From Verrucomicrobiota bacterium (lineage in GTDB: Bacteria; Verrucomicrobiota; Verrucomicrobiia; Limisphaerales; UBA8199), in NCBI GenBank assembly GCA_049518415.1, contig JBEKRX010000017.1:82305-146304 (forward strand): a stretch of DNA of 64,000 nucleotides. Direction: 5' to 3'. A program made the position numbers and the translations under genes. Position 1 is the first letter of the stretch, and each line of letters begins with the position of its first letter. A model generated the notes under the pieces. It ran no database searches and was not told where the DNA came from. It saw only the letters and a program-made list of their open reading frames with translations. This document shows positions 7,233 to 17,468 of this stretch, piece by piece.

Positions 7233-8266
7233 GCTTTCATCACCCGCACATCGGCGGCGACCAGGTCCAGCACATAAATCCGGCCTTGCGAATCCACGGC
7301 GGCATCCAGCCCGCCCAGCAGGCCGTCGCTAGTGTCCTTGAGGGCCCCAGCCCTGGCGTTTTCCGGTAACGATTCGGGCCCGACTACGACGCTCTCGAAG
7401 GCGCCTGAGGCCGAATAGATTTTCACGCGCGGCAATCCTTTTTCACAGGTGACATAGCGGCCGTCGGCCAGCAGGGCCACGGCCACCGGGTTGCAGCACC
7501 CGCAAAAGCCTTCGATGCCCGCCCCGGGTTTGCCCCAGGCAAACTCCAGGTCGCCCTTGACGGTGTAAACCTCCACGCAATGCCGCCCTGGATTGTTCAC
7601 GCGCAGCAGGCCGTCGCGGGCCACTGCCACGTCCAGGTAAGGGCTGGGGACGATGAGCCCGGGGATGTGGCGGTCTTTATTTTTCTCGCCGATGCGACCG
7701 GCCAGTTGGCCGGACTTGTCGTAATGCAGCACGACCCGGTTGCCGGCGTCGGCCACGAACACGTCTTGCCCGGCCACCGCCAGGCCCGTGAGCCAGGCCT
7801 TTTTGCCCGGCGAGCCCCACGCCGCCAGGCGCTGGCCTTTGCGGTCGAACACTTCCACATGCTCGCGCAGCCCGGCATAGACCGTCCCATCGGTGGCGAC
7901 GGCCACGCACCGCGCTGGGGCTGGCAAGGCAATCTCGTCCAACTGGGCGCCCGCGCGGTCAAGCACGCTCACGCCGTTGCTGGCCGCGATGTACAAGCGG
8001 TCCTCCGGGCCGACGGCCAGGCGGCGCGGCGCGGGACTCGGCGAGGCGAAGCGCGCGACTTGCTCGTAACGGATCAGCCTGGGGTCGGTCTTGCTCACCC
8101 GTTCCAGGTCGTAGGCAAAAGGGTTGGCGCCCTTTTGAGCGGCGCCGGCGCTTCCCACCCGCCCCGAGGCGGCCAGCCAGGCGCTGCCGACGCCAAACCA
8201 TCCGGCCCCGCGCGCGCTTTGCCGGAGGAATTGACGTCGGGTGATGGCCGGATTCCGATTTTTCAT
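7223..8266 (-). CDS. Tat-exported NHL-repeat beta-propeller protein
   Basis: Start moved to ATG 8264-8266, which has AGGAGG 6 nt upstream. MKNRNPAITRRQFLRQSA is a Tat signal. Blade-like repeats: LYIAASNGVSVLD, VYAGLREHVEVFD, VFVADAGNRVVLHYD, LLRVNNPGRHCVEVY, IYVLDLVAADVRVM. Unusual FCGCCNP motif. Confidence 0.75.
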   Translation of the reverse strand: MKNRNPAITRRQFLRQSARGAGWFGVGSAWLAASGRVGSAGAAQKGANPFAYDLERVSKTDPRLIRYEQVARFASPSPAPRRLAVGPEDRLYIAASNGVSVLDRAGAQLDEIALPAPARCVAVATDGTVYAGLREHVEVFDRKGQRLAAWGSPGKKAWLTGLAVAGQDVFVADAGNRVVLHYDKSGQLAGRIGEKNKDRHIPGLIVPSPYLDVAVARDGLLRVNNPGRHCVEVYTVKGDLEFAWGKPGAGIEGFCGCCNPVAVALLADGRYVTCEKGLPRVKIYSASGAFESVVVGPESLPENARAGALKDTSDGLLGGLDAAVDSQGRIYVLDLVAADVRVMKAKT

Positions 8267-8268
8267 GT

Positions 8269-8496
8269 TCAACCTCCTGATGGCGCGCCCCTGGCGGAAA
8301 GGGCTTGCGGCAGGCCGCAAGAGCCGAACACGGCGCAGCCGCGGCAGAGGCCGCGGTTGACGCAGCGTTGGCCGGCCGGCGTGCGCGACCGCGCGGCCAG
8401 CCCGCCGGCGGCAGTCAGCAGGGCCAGCAGACCGCCGCGCGCGGCCGCGCGGAAAAACTCGCGCCGGCTTTCAATCCTTGCCGAAAAAGAGCGCAT
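8269..8496 (-). CDS. Small Tat-signal Cys-rich protein (75 aa)
   Basis: MRSFSARIESRREFFRAAARGGLLALLTAAGGLAARS followed by CVNRGLCRGCAVFGSC (C-x5-C-x2-C-x5-C). Its stop TGA lies 2 nt before the NHL ATG, inside that gene's SD region. Start uncertain; an alternative ATG is at 8526. Confidence 0.5.
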   Translation of the reverse strand: MRSFSARIESRREFFRAAARGGLLALLTAAGGLAARSRTPAGQRCVNRGLCRGCAVFGSCGLPQALSARGAPSGG

Positions 8497-8660
8497 AATC
8501 GCCAATGTAGCCAATGGAGGCAACATAGCAAATAGAGCTTCCCCTACGAACAGAAAATGGGCTACAGCAGGATTGTCAATTACCAACCATTTTTTGCCAT
8601 GCCCATAGCCGTTTTTGCGAAAGCCCGCCGGCCGCCTCTTGCTCCAACCCAAGGTAACCG

Positions 8661-9092
8661 ATGCTCTTGCTGGGCGTCCGGGGCGTGCGCCGGCTCCAAA
8701 AGCCCTGGCCTGGCCACCCAGGGGTGAAGGAGGGGCGGGCCAACCGCGCCACCGATTTCCTCTACGAGGACCAATTGCTGGCCTGGCAGCGGCAAGGCAA
8801 ACTGCACCGGCTGGACCTGGCCTTCTCCCGCGACCAATCGCACGAGCTTTACGTCCAGCACCGCCTGCTCGAAGAGGCCCGGGAACTCTGGGCCTGGCTC
8901 CAGCACGGGGCTTACTTCTACGTCTGCGGCGACGCCAAACACATGGCCAAAGACGTGCACCAGACGCTCATCCAAATCGCCGGCGAACAAGGCGGTCTCG
9001 CCCCGGCCGCCGCCGCCGAGTACGTGAACGTGACTTTAATGAAGACCCAGAAGCGTTATTTGCGCGATGTGTATGCACCGTTGAGGGGTTAA
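8661..9092 (+). pseudogene. C-terminal fragment of a CysJ / NADPH-cytochrome-P450-reductase-type flavoprotein (NAD-binding end only)
   Basis: DFLYEDQLLAWQRQGKLHRLDLAFSRDQSHELYVQHRLLEEARELWAWLQHGAYFYVCGDAKHMAKDVHQTLIQIA..RYLRDVY matches the conserved last ~120 aa of sulfite reductase flavoprotein. The first ~30 codons look degenerate. The ~450 aa that normally precede this region are absent. Confidence 0.65.
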
Positions 9093-9148
9093 GGGTTCAT
9101 GCAGGAACAAGTTCCGAAGGCGAGGCGTAATGCCGACATTATTCTCTG

Positions 9149-9260
9149 GCACCCCTCCGGGGTGCGACGGCCAGTCCCGATTCGGAATCGGGAGCCCGGT
9201 GGTCGTTCCCCCTTTACCCTGAACGACCACCGGCTACTGTCTGCCAACCCTCGGGGTTGG
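9149..9260. repeat. Hairpin-rich intergenic element (family member 2)
   Basis: Four hairpins: GCACCCC-tcc-GGGGTGC; TCCCGAT-tcgga-ATCGGGA; GGTGGTCGTTC-(CCCCTTTACCCT)-GAACGACCACC; then GGCTACTGTCT and CCAACCC-tc-GGGGTTGG. Shares the CCCTTTACCC and GGCTACTGTCT linkers with 2873-3000. Confidence 0.7.
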
Positions 9261-9287
9261 AGAGAATCGGAATTTATTTTTCGCCGC

Positions 9288-10328
<1,041 letters not shown>

Positions 10329-11348
10329 TCAGTGTCCCACCACCTCGACCGCGGCCTTGCTATGCCGCGTGCGCCATTCCCCCGGTGAAGTGCCTTCCCA
10401 GACGTGAAAGGCGCGAATGAAGGAGTTGGCATCCTCGTAGCCCAGCAAGAAGGCGGCCTCGTTCAATTCAACCGTGCTGTGTTTGAGATAGTGGTGCGCC
10501 ATTTCGCGCCGGGTGTCTTCCACAAGTTGCCGGAAGGTAATGTCGGCATCGGTAAGGCGACGTTGTAGTGTGCGCACGCTCATGCAGAGGTCTCGCGCGA
10601 CCTGCTGGAGCGTTGGGCGTTTCCCGGCGAGGGAGCGCTTGAGCGTGTGCTTGACCTGTCCTCCCACATCGGCGCTGGCATTGCGCTCCTGAAGCTCGGA
10701 TTCCAGGTGGGCCCCAATCGCCGTGAGCAGTTCCACGTTGTGGGTTATGAAGGGCAGATCCAAGTCACTGTTGCGAAAGACCAGCGCGTCGCGGCTGGCT
10801 TTGAACCGCACGCGGCAGCCGAAGTGGGATTCGAGCAACTCGCGGCTGCGAACAGGGCGGGTCAGTTCCAGGCGCAGGGGCGTGATTCGGCCGTCGGTGC
10901 CTCGGCGACCGATGCCTAGAATCCATGAAAGAACAAGGTCCCCCAGAATGTCGGGCTGGGGTTCCTGGGCTTGAGGGTAGATGAACTCCACGGAGGCTTC
11001 GTCCCGAGTGGTGAGAACACGGATTTCTTGCGGACACGTCAACTGCTTGAAGCGGGCGATGCGGTGCAGGGCGTCGCGGAAGGACTGGCTGCAAACGGCC
11101 GCGACGGTGGTGGGGTGGTAAAGCCCAAAGCGTGGCTCCTCGCCCATTTTCAGGCCAATGGCGGGATCTGGAGTCATTTCGCGGACCGCACGCCATAGGG
11201 CGAAGACTTGAGCGGTGGTGGCGTAGATTTTCTCCTGCTGGAAGAAGATTTCCGGCAATCCGGCCCGGCGGAGCAGGGCGGGAAGCGGGATCTTGAATTC
11301 GGTCAGCCGCTGTGCCCACGCGCTGGGGAGGTGGAATCGGTCACTCAT
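10329..11348 (-). CDS. AraC-family transcriptional regulator
   Basis: C-terminal HTH region: TLQQVARDLCMSVRTLQRRLTDADITFRQLVEDTRREMAHHYLKHSTVELNEAAFLLGYEDANSFIRAFHVWEGTSPGEW. Start set at MSDRFHL (ATG 11348) because the longer ORF overlaps the upstream gene. Confidence 0.85.
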   Translation of the reverse strand: MSDRFHLPSAWAQRLTEFKIPLPALLRRAGLPEIFFQQEKIYATTAQVFALWRAVREMTPDPAIGLKMGEEPRFGLYHPTTVAAVCSQSFRDALHRIARFKQLTCPQEIRVLTTRDEASVEFIYPQAQEPQPDILGDLVLSWILGIGRRGTDGRITPLRLELTRPVRSRELLESHFGCRVRFKASRDALVFRNSDLDLPFITHNVELLTAIGAHLESELQERNASADVGGQVKHTLKRSLAGKRPTLQQVARDLCMSVRTLQRRLTDADITFRQLVEDTRREMAHHYLKHSTVELNEAAFLLGYEDANSFIRAFHVWEGTSPGEWRTRHSKAAVEVVGH

Positions 11349-11419
11349 GCAGTGACGTGAGCTTGTTAGGCATGCGCCTTTGCCTTGCGTCATAAGAAGT
11401 TCAATGGGGGAAGGGTGCG

Positions 11420-13399
11420 TCACGGCCCTAGGCGAACTCTGTAAAACTTGGCCGGCAGGTTCGTCGCGCCTCCGACGTCGAGGTAGTTGGTGCTCGCGAG
11501 ATAATTGCCGCGAGGGACGACCACCGGGCTGAGATTGGTGAAAGTGTTGGAGGCACTGCCACTGGTAAAGCCCGGAGCGACTTGCACGCGGTTGGTTGAG
11601 CCGCCCTGAGTCGTCCACCTGATAAGAATATCGTTGCCTTGCCGCGTGATAGAGGTTAAGCGGAATGGCGTCGAATTGGTATCCATCGGGTCGGTGCCGG
11701 CCTGATACTCAGTGGTATTGTTCATCCCATCACCGTCCGGATCGCCGTCGGGGCCGCCCCGGGGGAGCAGTTCGATGCCTTCGGTTCTGCCTAGATTACG
11801 GGAGTACAGCTTGTCCACCGCGTTGTTCCAGTGCTCGTGGACGCCGAGACTGGCCAGACGAGATCCGGTGCTGCCGGGGTCGTAGAAGCTGCCCGAGGGC
11901 GGATTGGCCGCCTGGGCTGCCTCGTGGAGGTAATTGTCAACGCCTTGGCCGGTGCAGTTGCTGGCCATCAGCGGTTCATTCCGCAGGATGTCCACCACGA
12001 CCGAATCGATCGCGATGGGGTCCTGCGACGCAAACACGCTGGCGGTCCAATTGGTGCCAAAGGACCTGTAGCGGAGCACCGTGGTGATCGCGTTGTCGGA
12101 ACCATAGAGACCATCCACCAGGAACAGCAGCGTCTTACCGCCGAGTTGCGGGTGGCCAATGAGATCGACAATACAGTTGTAGGAGCCCATGGGATTATTG
12201 CGAAGACCGAAGTTGTGCAGGGGCGAGGGCGTCCAGCCACCGTTCCACGACCCATAATTGGCATTCGTCCGCCAACAGACCGAGCCAAACCAGTTTTTGC
12301 CGCACACGGTCACACCGAACATGCTATGCGCCGAGAGCGGGGCCATATCGATCAGATATTTGGCTTCGGTCACGCAGGTTGGCAGATAAGCCGTGGCATG
12401 GTTGGCGGGGCTCACGTTCGGATTGGCGAAGTGGACGGGATAAGCGGGGTCATAAACCGCACCGATGCGGCCGTTGCCCGTGGTATTGGCAACGAACCTC
12501 ACGTTCTGGAAATTCGGGTCCGAATCGCCGTGGATCCGGTTGTAGAGCGGATCGGCAATGGCCCGCGAGGCATCATAAATGGTGACGTTTGATCCGGAGA
12601 CATGCACCTTGTCGAAGAGTTGGGCAAGGAGGGAGTGAATCGTCTGCGGGCTTGGCATGCGGCCGTTGCCGCCATAAGCGGGGCCGTATCCCTCCTCGTT
12701 CAGGTTGATCTTGATTGCGATCTTTTCGCCCGGCTGGTAGCCGACGTCACCAGCACCGTGAGTGCGATTGAAATAGCGCAAGAGGGCGTCCCAGGCGGCC
12801 GCATCATTCTGCTCCGCCGTCAGAGTCCGCAGGGCATGCGAGAGCATCTTATCCACCGCCTGCTGATCCAGGTTCTGCACGTCCCACCAGTGGCCGGTCA
12901 CGCCATCCCACTTGGTTGCATTTGGGTCGTGGACCCATACGACCCGCCCCGGATAGATGCCCTTGCCGACGCCCATCGGGCTATTGGGCGGATCGCTCGG
13001 AGTAAAACCCGCACGAGCGCCATTGATGGTGGGCAACCAACAGATAGCTGCCACCGCCACCGCCACCGTCGCGAGGAGTGCAGCAGCCAAGTAGCGGCCT
13101 CGGCCCGCCAGACGCTTGGCCTTGCAATACGCCAGACTCGACGCGACTATGCTGGCCAGCCACACCACGAAACCGCCCGCGAGGGGAAAGGCTGCCCGCT
13201 GGCATGGATAGGTGGCCCGCGAGGGCTTGGGGAGCACACGTATCAGGAACCACAGCAGCGACACCAACCCCACAAAGGGCAGCGCCCAAGACGCCCAGCG
13301 GCGTTCCCTTCCGCGCTCGACACGACGCCCGGTCTTCGGGCAAATCCTCGCAGCATTCTCATCGTTGCCCGAGGAGGGCTGATTCATTGATGTTCTCAT
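11420..13399 (-). CDS. Secreted/anchored DUF362-like protein with Asp-rich Ca-binding-type linker and C-terminal FYRV-ending beta domain
   Basis: 659 aa. N-terminal hydrophobic anchor with KPSRATYPCQRAAFPLA. Central region (GEKIAIKINLNE, DPIAIDSVVVDIL) recalls DUF362. PDGDPDGDGMNNTTEYQAGTDP is a thrombospondin-type-3-like motif. Ends AKFYRVRLGP. The coding call is strong; the family call is moderate. Confidence 0.55.
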   Translation of the reverse strand: MRTSMNQPSSGNDENAARICPKTGRRVERGRERRWASWALPFVGLVSLLWFLIRVLPKPSRATYPCQRAAFPLAGGFVVWLASIVASSLAYCKAKRLAGRGRYLAAALLATVAVAVAAICWLPTINGARAGFTPSDPPNSPMGVGKGIYPGRVVWVHDPNATKWDGVTGHWWDVQNLDQQAVDKMLSHALRTLTAEQNDAAAWDALLRYFNRTHGAGDVGYQPGEKIAIKINLNEEGYGPAYGGNGRMPSPQTIHSLLAQLFDKVHVSGSNVTIYDASRAIADPLYNRIHGDSDPNFQNVRFVANTTGNGRIGAVYDPAYPVHFANPNVSPANHATAYLPTCVTEAKYLIDMAPLSAHSMFGVTVCGKNWFGSVCWRTNANYGSWNGGWTPSPLHNFGLRNNPMGSYNCIVDLIGHPQLGGKTLLFLVDGLYGSDNAITTVLRYRSFGTNWTASVFASQDPIAIDSVVVDILRNEPLMASNCTGQGVDNYLHEAAQAANPPSGSFYDPGSTGSRLASLGVHEHWNNAVDKLYSRNLGRTEGIELLPRGGPDGDPDGDGMNNTTEYQAGTDPMDTNSTPFRLTSITRQGNDILIRWTTQGGSTNRVQVAPGFTSGSASNTFTNLSPVVVPRGNYLASTNYLDVGGATNLPAKFYRVRLGP

Positions 13400-13432
13400 A
13401 ATTTGAGTCTTTCCACGGGAACCAAGGACGCC

Positions 13433-15433
13433 TTACCTCGCCTTCACATCGTAACAGAACAGGAGGTCCTGATCGCGGATGTACAGTTTGCCGTTGGCAA
13501 TGACCGGGTGCGTCCAGGCCGGCTGCTGGCTGCGGTCGGGCTGGTCGAAGCGGCCACGCTCGAGGTATTGCTTCGGGTTCGGCTCAATCAGGAGCATGGT
13601 GCCCTTCTCGGTGCGATAGTAGAGTCGGCCATCCGCCAGGGCCAGCGAGCCTTTCGGCGCCCGGCGCTCGGCGTCGTCGCGCTCGTCCCAGAGAACGTTG
13701 CCGGTCTGGAAGTCGAGACAGACGAGGAAGCCACCCTCATTGCCGCCGTTGGCGCCATACAGGCAGCCGTCGAAGAAGATCATGCCGCCGTGGTGGTTTT
13801 GCATCTTCCTGGAGGAATAGACTTCTTCGGCCTTGACACCACCATTCGCATCCTTGCTCAGCTTCACCAAGCCACCGCCCGCACCATAGGCCGAGGCGGC
13901 GAACACCGTGCCATCGTGATAGACCGGCGTGGAACAGTTAATAGCCATGCCGTTGGCGGGCCGGTCATACCGCCAGAGGAACTTGCCGTCGGACGCCGCG
14001 ACCCCGACGAGTGCCCTCGCGGTGAGCTGCACGTACTGGCGCTGCCCGTCGAAGTCGATTGCGATGGCCGAGGCGTAGGCCGCTCCAGAACCGCCGAAAC
14101 CACCGGCACCACGGCCGGAGCCACCGGGACCGCGGCCGGGACCACCGGGACCGCGGCCCGGGCCGCCTGGACCACCATCGCGATTACCCCGACCGCCGCC
14201 GAAACCGCCGGCCACCTGGCTCATCATGCCTCCCTCAAAACCTTCATCCGGCTTCCAAACCTGGCCGCTCGAATCCGTAAATGGCGCGGACAGGCCGGCC
14301 TTGATCCGTAGGGTCGCTGCGGATGGCGCCGCACCGGTTACAGCCTCTGCCTGCGGAATGAGTTCAATCCCCTTAATTGCCGCGTTCTCGATCTGAGGCG
14401 TGAAAACAATGCGAAACTCTCCGTTGGTGACTTCCACAGGCACCGTTTCGATGTAGGCGCGGTTGGGACCGCCGGCCTTCGCCCAAACGTCAAAGTCCTT
14501 GAATTCATGCCCCTGGACATTGTAGGAAAAAACGCGCTGGCCAGGGCCGGTAATCCCTTCATAGGTCTCCGCAAAGTAGAGCTTCGCGAGATACTTGCCA
14601 TTGGGAACCTTGGAGGAGAAAGCTGTCATCCCCCAATGCTCGCTCATGAACAAGCCTGGGTCTTTGGTTCCGGTCACCACCGGGGCCGAGCCAGCGCCCC
14701 GTCCGCCGAGACCACCGGGGCCGCCGCCGGGACCGCCAGGCCCGCCCGCGGAACCACCCGGGCCACCGGGACTGCCACCGGGGCCGCCACCGGGACCGCC
14801 GGGCACCTGGCTCTTCCAGATCGTGTTGCCGGTCAACTTGTCGAGGGCCACCAGGATCGCGTCCTGGCCGCCGGGGGTGCAGATGACCTTATCACCATCA
14901 ACGAGCGGCGATTCGCGGTAACTCCAGGTTGGTACGCGCCCGCCAAAATCCCTCTGAAGGCTGCGTTGCCAAATGATCTTGCCGTCTTTGACCTGCAGGC
15001 AAGCCAGGTCGCCGCCCAAGCCCAGAACATAGAGCCGTTCGCCATCTACGGTCGGCGTGCACGCCGGCCCCTCTTTTCCCTGCGGCGCTTGCTGCTTGAA
15101 AGCGGACCCAAGGCGCGTCACCCAAAGTTCCTTGCCATCCTTTTCGGACAGGGCCCAAATGACTTCGTCGTCGCCGCGATTGCTCATGCCGAAGATCCGG
15201 CCAGCGGCAATGGAGGGACCGCTGTAGCCACCGCCGAGTCCGTTGATTTTCCAGGCGAGCGGTGGGCCGTCTTTCGTCCATTCCTTGAGCAGGCCGCTTT
15301 CCTTGGACATGGCGTTGCGGTCGGGACCCTGCCACTGCGGCCAGTCGTCAGCGCGCGCGCAGGACAGCAGGATGGTCCAACAAAGGGCGCTGATGACCGT
15401 CCTCTCAAGGTGCCCAGGTTCTTTCGTTCTCAT
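13433..15433 (-). CDS. Secreted PQQ-like beta-propeller protein interrupted by a malectin-like domain flanked by Gly/Pro-rich linkers
   Basis: 666 aa. Signal peptide followed by [13 protein letters not shown]. Propeller blades lie at aa 30-210 and 451-666. The insert at aa 211-450 has [30 protein letters not shown], then [41 protein letters not shown], then [28 protein letters not shown], then [21 protein letters not shown]. Confidence 0.75.
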   Translation of the reverse strand: MRTKEPGHLERTVISALCWTILLSCARADDWPQWQGPDRNAMSKESGLLKEWTKDGPPLAWKINGLGGGYSGPSIAAGRIFGMSNRGDDEVIWALSEKDGKELWVTRLGSAFKQQAPQGKEGPACTPTVDGERLYVLGLGGDLACLQVKDGKIIWQRSLQRDFGGRVPTWSYRESPLVDGDKVICTPGGQDAILVALDKLTGNTIWKSQVPGGPGGGPGGSPGGPGGSAGGPGGPGGGPGGLGGRGAGSAPVVTGTKDPGLFMSEHWGMTAFSSKVPNGKYLAKLYFAETYEGITGPGQRVFSYNVQGHEFKDFDVWAKAGGPNRAYIETVPVEVTNGEFRIVFTPQIENAAIKGIELIPQAEAVTGAAPSAATLRIKAGLSAPFTDSSGQVWKPDEGFEGGMMSQVAGGFGGGRGNRDGGPGGPGRGPGGPGRGPGGSGRGAGGFGGSGAAYASAIAIDFDGQRQYVQLTARALVGVAASDGKFLWRYDRPANGMAINCSTPVYHDGTVFAASAYGAGGGLVKLSKDANGGVKAEEVYSSRKMQNHHGGMIFFDGCLYGANGGNEGGFLVCLDFQTGNVLWDERDDAERRAPKGSLALADGRLYYRTEKGTMLLIEPNPKQYLERGRFDQPDRSQQPAWTHPVIANGKLYIRDQDLLFCYDVKAR

Positions 15434-15549
15434 ATTGCGTTTCGCGTTTTTTGGTCATTTGACCGTTTTCCGGCATTTAGCTGACGTGACATGCGGACAT
15501 TCAAAACGAAGTCCGCCAACTTTTTCGGACGTGCTCCCGCGCCGCGATG

Positions 15550-16926
15550 TCATTGAGCCACCTTCACGCACTTTAATTGTCTCTGATCCCGCACGAGGAG
15601 CCTTCCATCGGCAAGCGCCATCGGCGCCCAGTTCTGAGTTTGACCTCCAACTCGTGAAGCCAACGGATCATTTTCTGATCCTGTTCCTCCTTCTCCAAGC
15701 AACTTTGCTGATGCAAGCTGCTTAAAGCCGGATGGATCAGGCTCTATAAGGTATAACGTCTGCGCACCATCGCTGGCCAGAATCAGCCCATCGACCAGAA
15801 TCATACTCCCTTTATTAAAATCAGGTGAACGCTTGGTCTGCCACATGATCTTGCCATCCATGCTCATACACACCATGCCGTCACGCCGTTCATTGGTGCC
15901 GTATTCACCATAAAAGTAGCCTTTGTAGAATATCGGCGGTTTCGTCTGGTCGCCAAATTGCCTGGTGGTAAACAGTTCGGTTGTGCCGTAGCTGCCTTCC
16001 GCCTTTTTTTCGACCTTGATCATCGTTGCACCGAGTTCATATCCCCCGACAACCAGCACTTTGTTGTCACCAGCATCAACCGCACTGGGCACGGAGATGT
16101 GACAATGCCACTTCGCATATTTCCACAGGATTTCTCCCGTAAGCGGCTCTATGCCGATGATGTTCCCCATTTCATTTTCATCCGCTCTCGCCCGTTGGAA
16201 AGGATTGGTGGATGGGGTTACCATAACAACCTGGTCTTTCCCGTCCACCTTTACGATTGCGGGGCTGACGTATCCGACATAGCCCAGGGAAGGCGTGCTC
16301 CATTTAACTTTCCCCGTGAGCTTCTCATACGCCACCACGCCAGCCTTGGGCGCTTGGGAGGCCACAATCAGCAGGTCATCGTAAATCAGCGGGTTCTGGG
16401 TGATGGCCCACGTTGGAAATCGGCCTTCGGGTCCCGCTCCAAACGCCGATCCACCGCCTGCCAGACCGCCGAAGTCCGTCCCAATGTTCTTATTCCAGAC
16501 TGGTTTGTGTGTGTTTATGTCTATGCAATAAAGGTCGCCGTTGTGACCGCATGAATAGACGTTCTTGCCGTCCACAGTTGGGACGCTTCGTGAGCCGGGA
16601 AACATAACAGTTCCGGGAGCGTCATAAGCAAGATTCCAGAGCTCTTTACCGTTGGAAAGGTCTAAACAACGAAGATTATCGCCTACCTTATCGTCCCTAT
16701 CGAGCAAGTAAACCTTGCCCTCTTTGACAACAGGTCCACCAAAGCCTCTGCCAACAGTAACAGTCCATACAACTTCCGGCCCATTCTGAGGCCAGGAGCG
16801 TAAAATGCCTTTCTGGGCTGATGTGCTGTTCCTATTTGGTCCAAGATATTGCGGCCAATCCTCCGCGACCGCGGAAGACATCAGGATTGCCCAAGAAAGG
16901 GCGCTGACTAAGGTTTTGGTATTCAT
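15550..16926 (-). CDS. Secreted PQQ-like beta-propeller protein (paralog, markedly lower GC)
   Basis: 458 aa. [36 protein letters not shown] parallels the N-terminus of 13433..15433. The gene and its flanks look ~50% GC, against ~65% for the neighbours. Confidence 0.8.
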   Translation of the reverse strand: MNTKTLVSALSWAILMSSAVAEDWPQYLGPNRNSTSAQKGILRSWPQNGPEVVWTVTVGRGFGGPVVKEGKVYLLDRDDKVGDNLRCLDLSNGKELWNLAYDAPGTVMFPGSRSVPTVDGKNVYSCGHNGDLYCIDINTHKPVWNKNIGTDFGGLAGGGSAFGAGPEGRFPTWAITQNPLIYDDLLIVASQAPKAGVVAYEKLTGKVKWSTPSLGYVGYVSPAIVKVDGKDQVVMVTPSTNPFQRARADENEMGNIIGIEPLTGEILWKYAKWHCHISVPSAVDAGDNKVLVVGGYELGATMIKVEKKAEGSYGTTELFTTRQFGDQTKPPIFYKGYFYGEYGTNERRDGMVCMSMDGKIMWQTKRSPDFNKGSMILVDGLILASDGAQTLYLIEPDPSGFKQLASAKLLGEGGTGSENDPLASRVGGQTQNWAPMALADGRLLVRDQRQLKCVKVAQ

Positions 16927-16932
16927 AGAATG

Positions 16933-17316
16933 TTATCTATCAGCTTTATTAGTTTGAGTGTTATACGTGAGGGTGGGAAAAGAGAGGCAGTACTGTTCGA
17001 GCCCCGCTCGGCAGTTGTCACAGGTGCGGCACGAATCCACCATGCACCCCACCGCGCTCAGGTCCCCCGGCTTGAACTTGGCAACGCGGGAGCCCGCCCG
17101 GGTGACGCGGCCGAGAATCTCATGACCCGGCACGCAGGGATAAATGGTGTTGTGCCATTCATTCCGGGCCTGGTGCAGGTCCGAGTGGCAGACCCCGCAG
17201 TATAGAATTTCGATTTCGACGTCCAGGGGGCCGGGTTCACGCCGGGTGATACCAAACGAGGCCAGGGCCGAAGTGGCGCTCTGCGCTGCATAGGCTTGGA
17301 CTTTGGTCGTAGTCAT
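16933..17316 (-). pseudogene. Zn-dependent alcohol dehydrogenase (YahK/CAD-like), N-terminal third only
   Basis: EILYCGVCHSDLHQARNEWHNTIYPCVPGHEILGRV and CRTCDNCRAGLEQYC are the catalytic and structural Zn motifs. Homology stops after ~120 aa and runs into AT-rich sequence upstream of the low-GC PQQ gene. The remaining ~230 aa are absent. Confidence 0.75.
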
Positions 17317-17468
17317 GTTCTCAAGATAACTTCGGTCCAAAAGGTGTCACTAGCAGAGCGCGCCAATCGGCTTGCAAAACACGCCACTGGGCAGCCTCGG
17401 CAATCGCCTCCGGCTTAAAATCCCTCCGACTTATTTTCCGGAAAGGCTCTAAGCGCAAAGGCTGCGCC

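Noticed and set aside
10329-11618. Long N-terminal extensions of several ORFs: 10329..11618, 23355..24533, 50558..52129, 7223..8320, 25584..26633, 59305..61266
   Set aside because: The extensions overlap the upstream genes or consist of Arg/Pro-rich junk. Internal ATGs with SD sequences, signal peptides or family-typical N-termini give better starts.
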